A stretch of 63,994 nt of DNA, filler included, from Streblomastix strix (taxonomy: Eukaryota), in assembly GCA_008636045.1 (NCBI GenBank). It is 3 parts of 3 records of this genome, joined end to end, with 100 filler letters (N's around TTAATTAATTAA, not from the genome) between each part and the next. Parts side by side here need not be neighbours in the genome. Positions count along the whole stretch, not along the records: positions 43,623 to 63,994 come from SNRW01000436.1; 2 more parts are not named here. One strand, 5' to 3'. This document shows positions 63,401 to 63,994 of this stretch, piece after piece; within the stretch, counting starts at the first letter, position 1; every line of letters starts with the position of its first letter. The position numbers and the translations under genes were made by a program. The notes beneath the pieces were generated by a model that saw nothing but the letters and a program-made list of their open reading frames with translations, did no database searches and was not told the origin of the DNA.

Positions 63401-63994
63401 GATACGGTAATTATACAGCTGCACTTGGTTTCACCTCCGTTTCTGATATAAGCCAAATATCAATCACTGACAGTATCTTCTCAAACAATAAATAGTCGAC
63501 ACCAGGTGGAAGTACTTTTTATGCTGGTGCTATACACGTATCTTTCCAAGGTGCTAATCATCAAAGATTTGATTTCTCCAGGAATACATTCACTAACAAC
63601 AGCGGATAATATGCAGGAGCAATCTACATATAATATCCTTAAGCGCCATCAGTAACTTTAGATAAGTTCATTTTCGAAGGGTGCATATTCAACGGGAACA
63701 CTTTAACCAATTCTCAGTAATCTGACATCTACTTCAGTCATCCTTTGAATGCTTACTTTAGTGCAACTGGATATTATTATCACCCGTTGGAAGTAACAAG
63801 TGATCCTAGTGCAGTTGATGAAACATTAGAAGTAACACTTCAAAGAAACATCCCTAATTCTGAATTCTACAAATTCAAGACAGTTTCCAGTGCTTTAATC
63901 TTTGCTGGTCGTTTCCGTGATTATCCGAAGTCCCCAATAACAATAATTGACTCAATAACAAGTCTCACTTCTGAAGCAATCACTGGTAATGACA
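60415..63994 (+). CDS. Large secreted/surface parallel beta-helix protein, paralog of 43751-49411; runs off the window
   Basis: MFIFIILATLTALNAENFTV... It shares SSVSD..LFNLGG.NLALTLQDITLQD.GN and DIFYTP.VYARASPDTQLTI.DCIF blocks with the paralog. Open frame with TAR=Gln. Confidence 0.85.

Overview
AT-rich eukaryotic (protist) genomic DNA made of three contigs joined by artificial 100-nt linkers (N44-TTAATTAATTAA-N44 at 21715-21814 and 43523-43622). All genes read with TAA/TAG = Gln and only TGA as stop, so the supplied standard-code ORF track is mostly fragments or antisense shadows. The code, the short GT-AG introns and the gene families fit an oxymonad such as Streblomastix best (inference). 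Contig 1 carries host genes: two SPRY/B30.2-like paralogs, DUS3, a large RI-type LRR/coiled-coil protein, a degenerate papain-fold membrane protein and a truncated THO2. The first SPRY-like gene is preceded by a ladder of nine 3-nt candidate microexons in duplicated intron units. Contig 2 is mostly a ~20-kb decaying Polinton/Maverick-type endogenous virus written in the host code. It has pPolB with an HNH-like insert and a 911-bp tandem duplication, an rve integrase, a phage-like fibre, head-like ORFs, a pVI-like amphipathic protein, major and minor capsid proteins and an A32 ATPase, with a fixed-spacing TTATTTTTG motif before its genes. Contig 3 has an inverted pair of beta-helix surface-protein paralogs flanking a Pho80-like cyclin and rearranged remnants of a second Polinton family. 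All translations were done by hand and no database searches were run.
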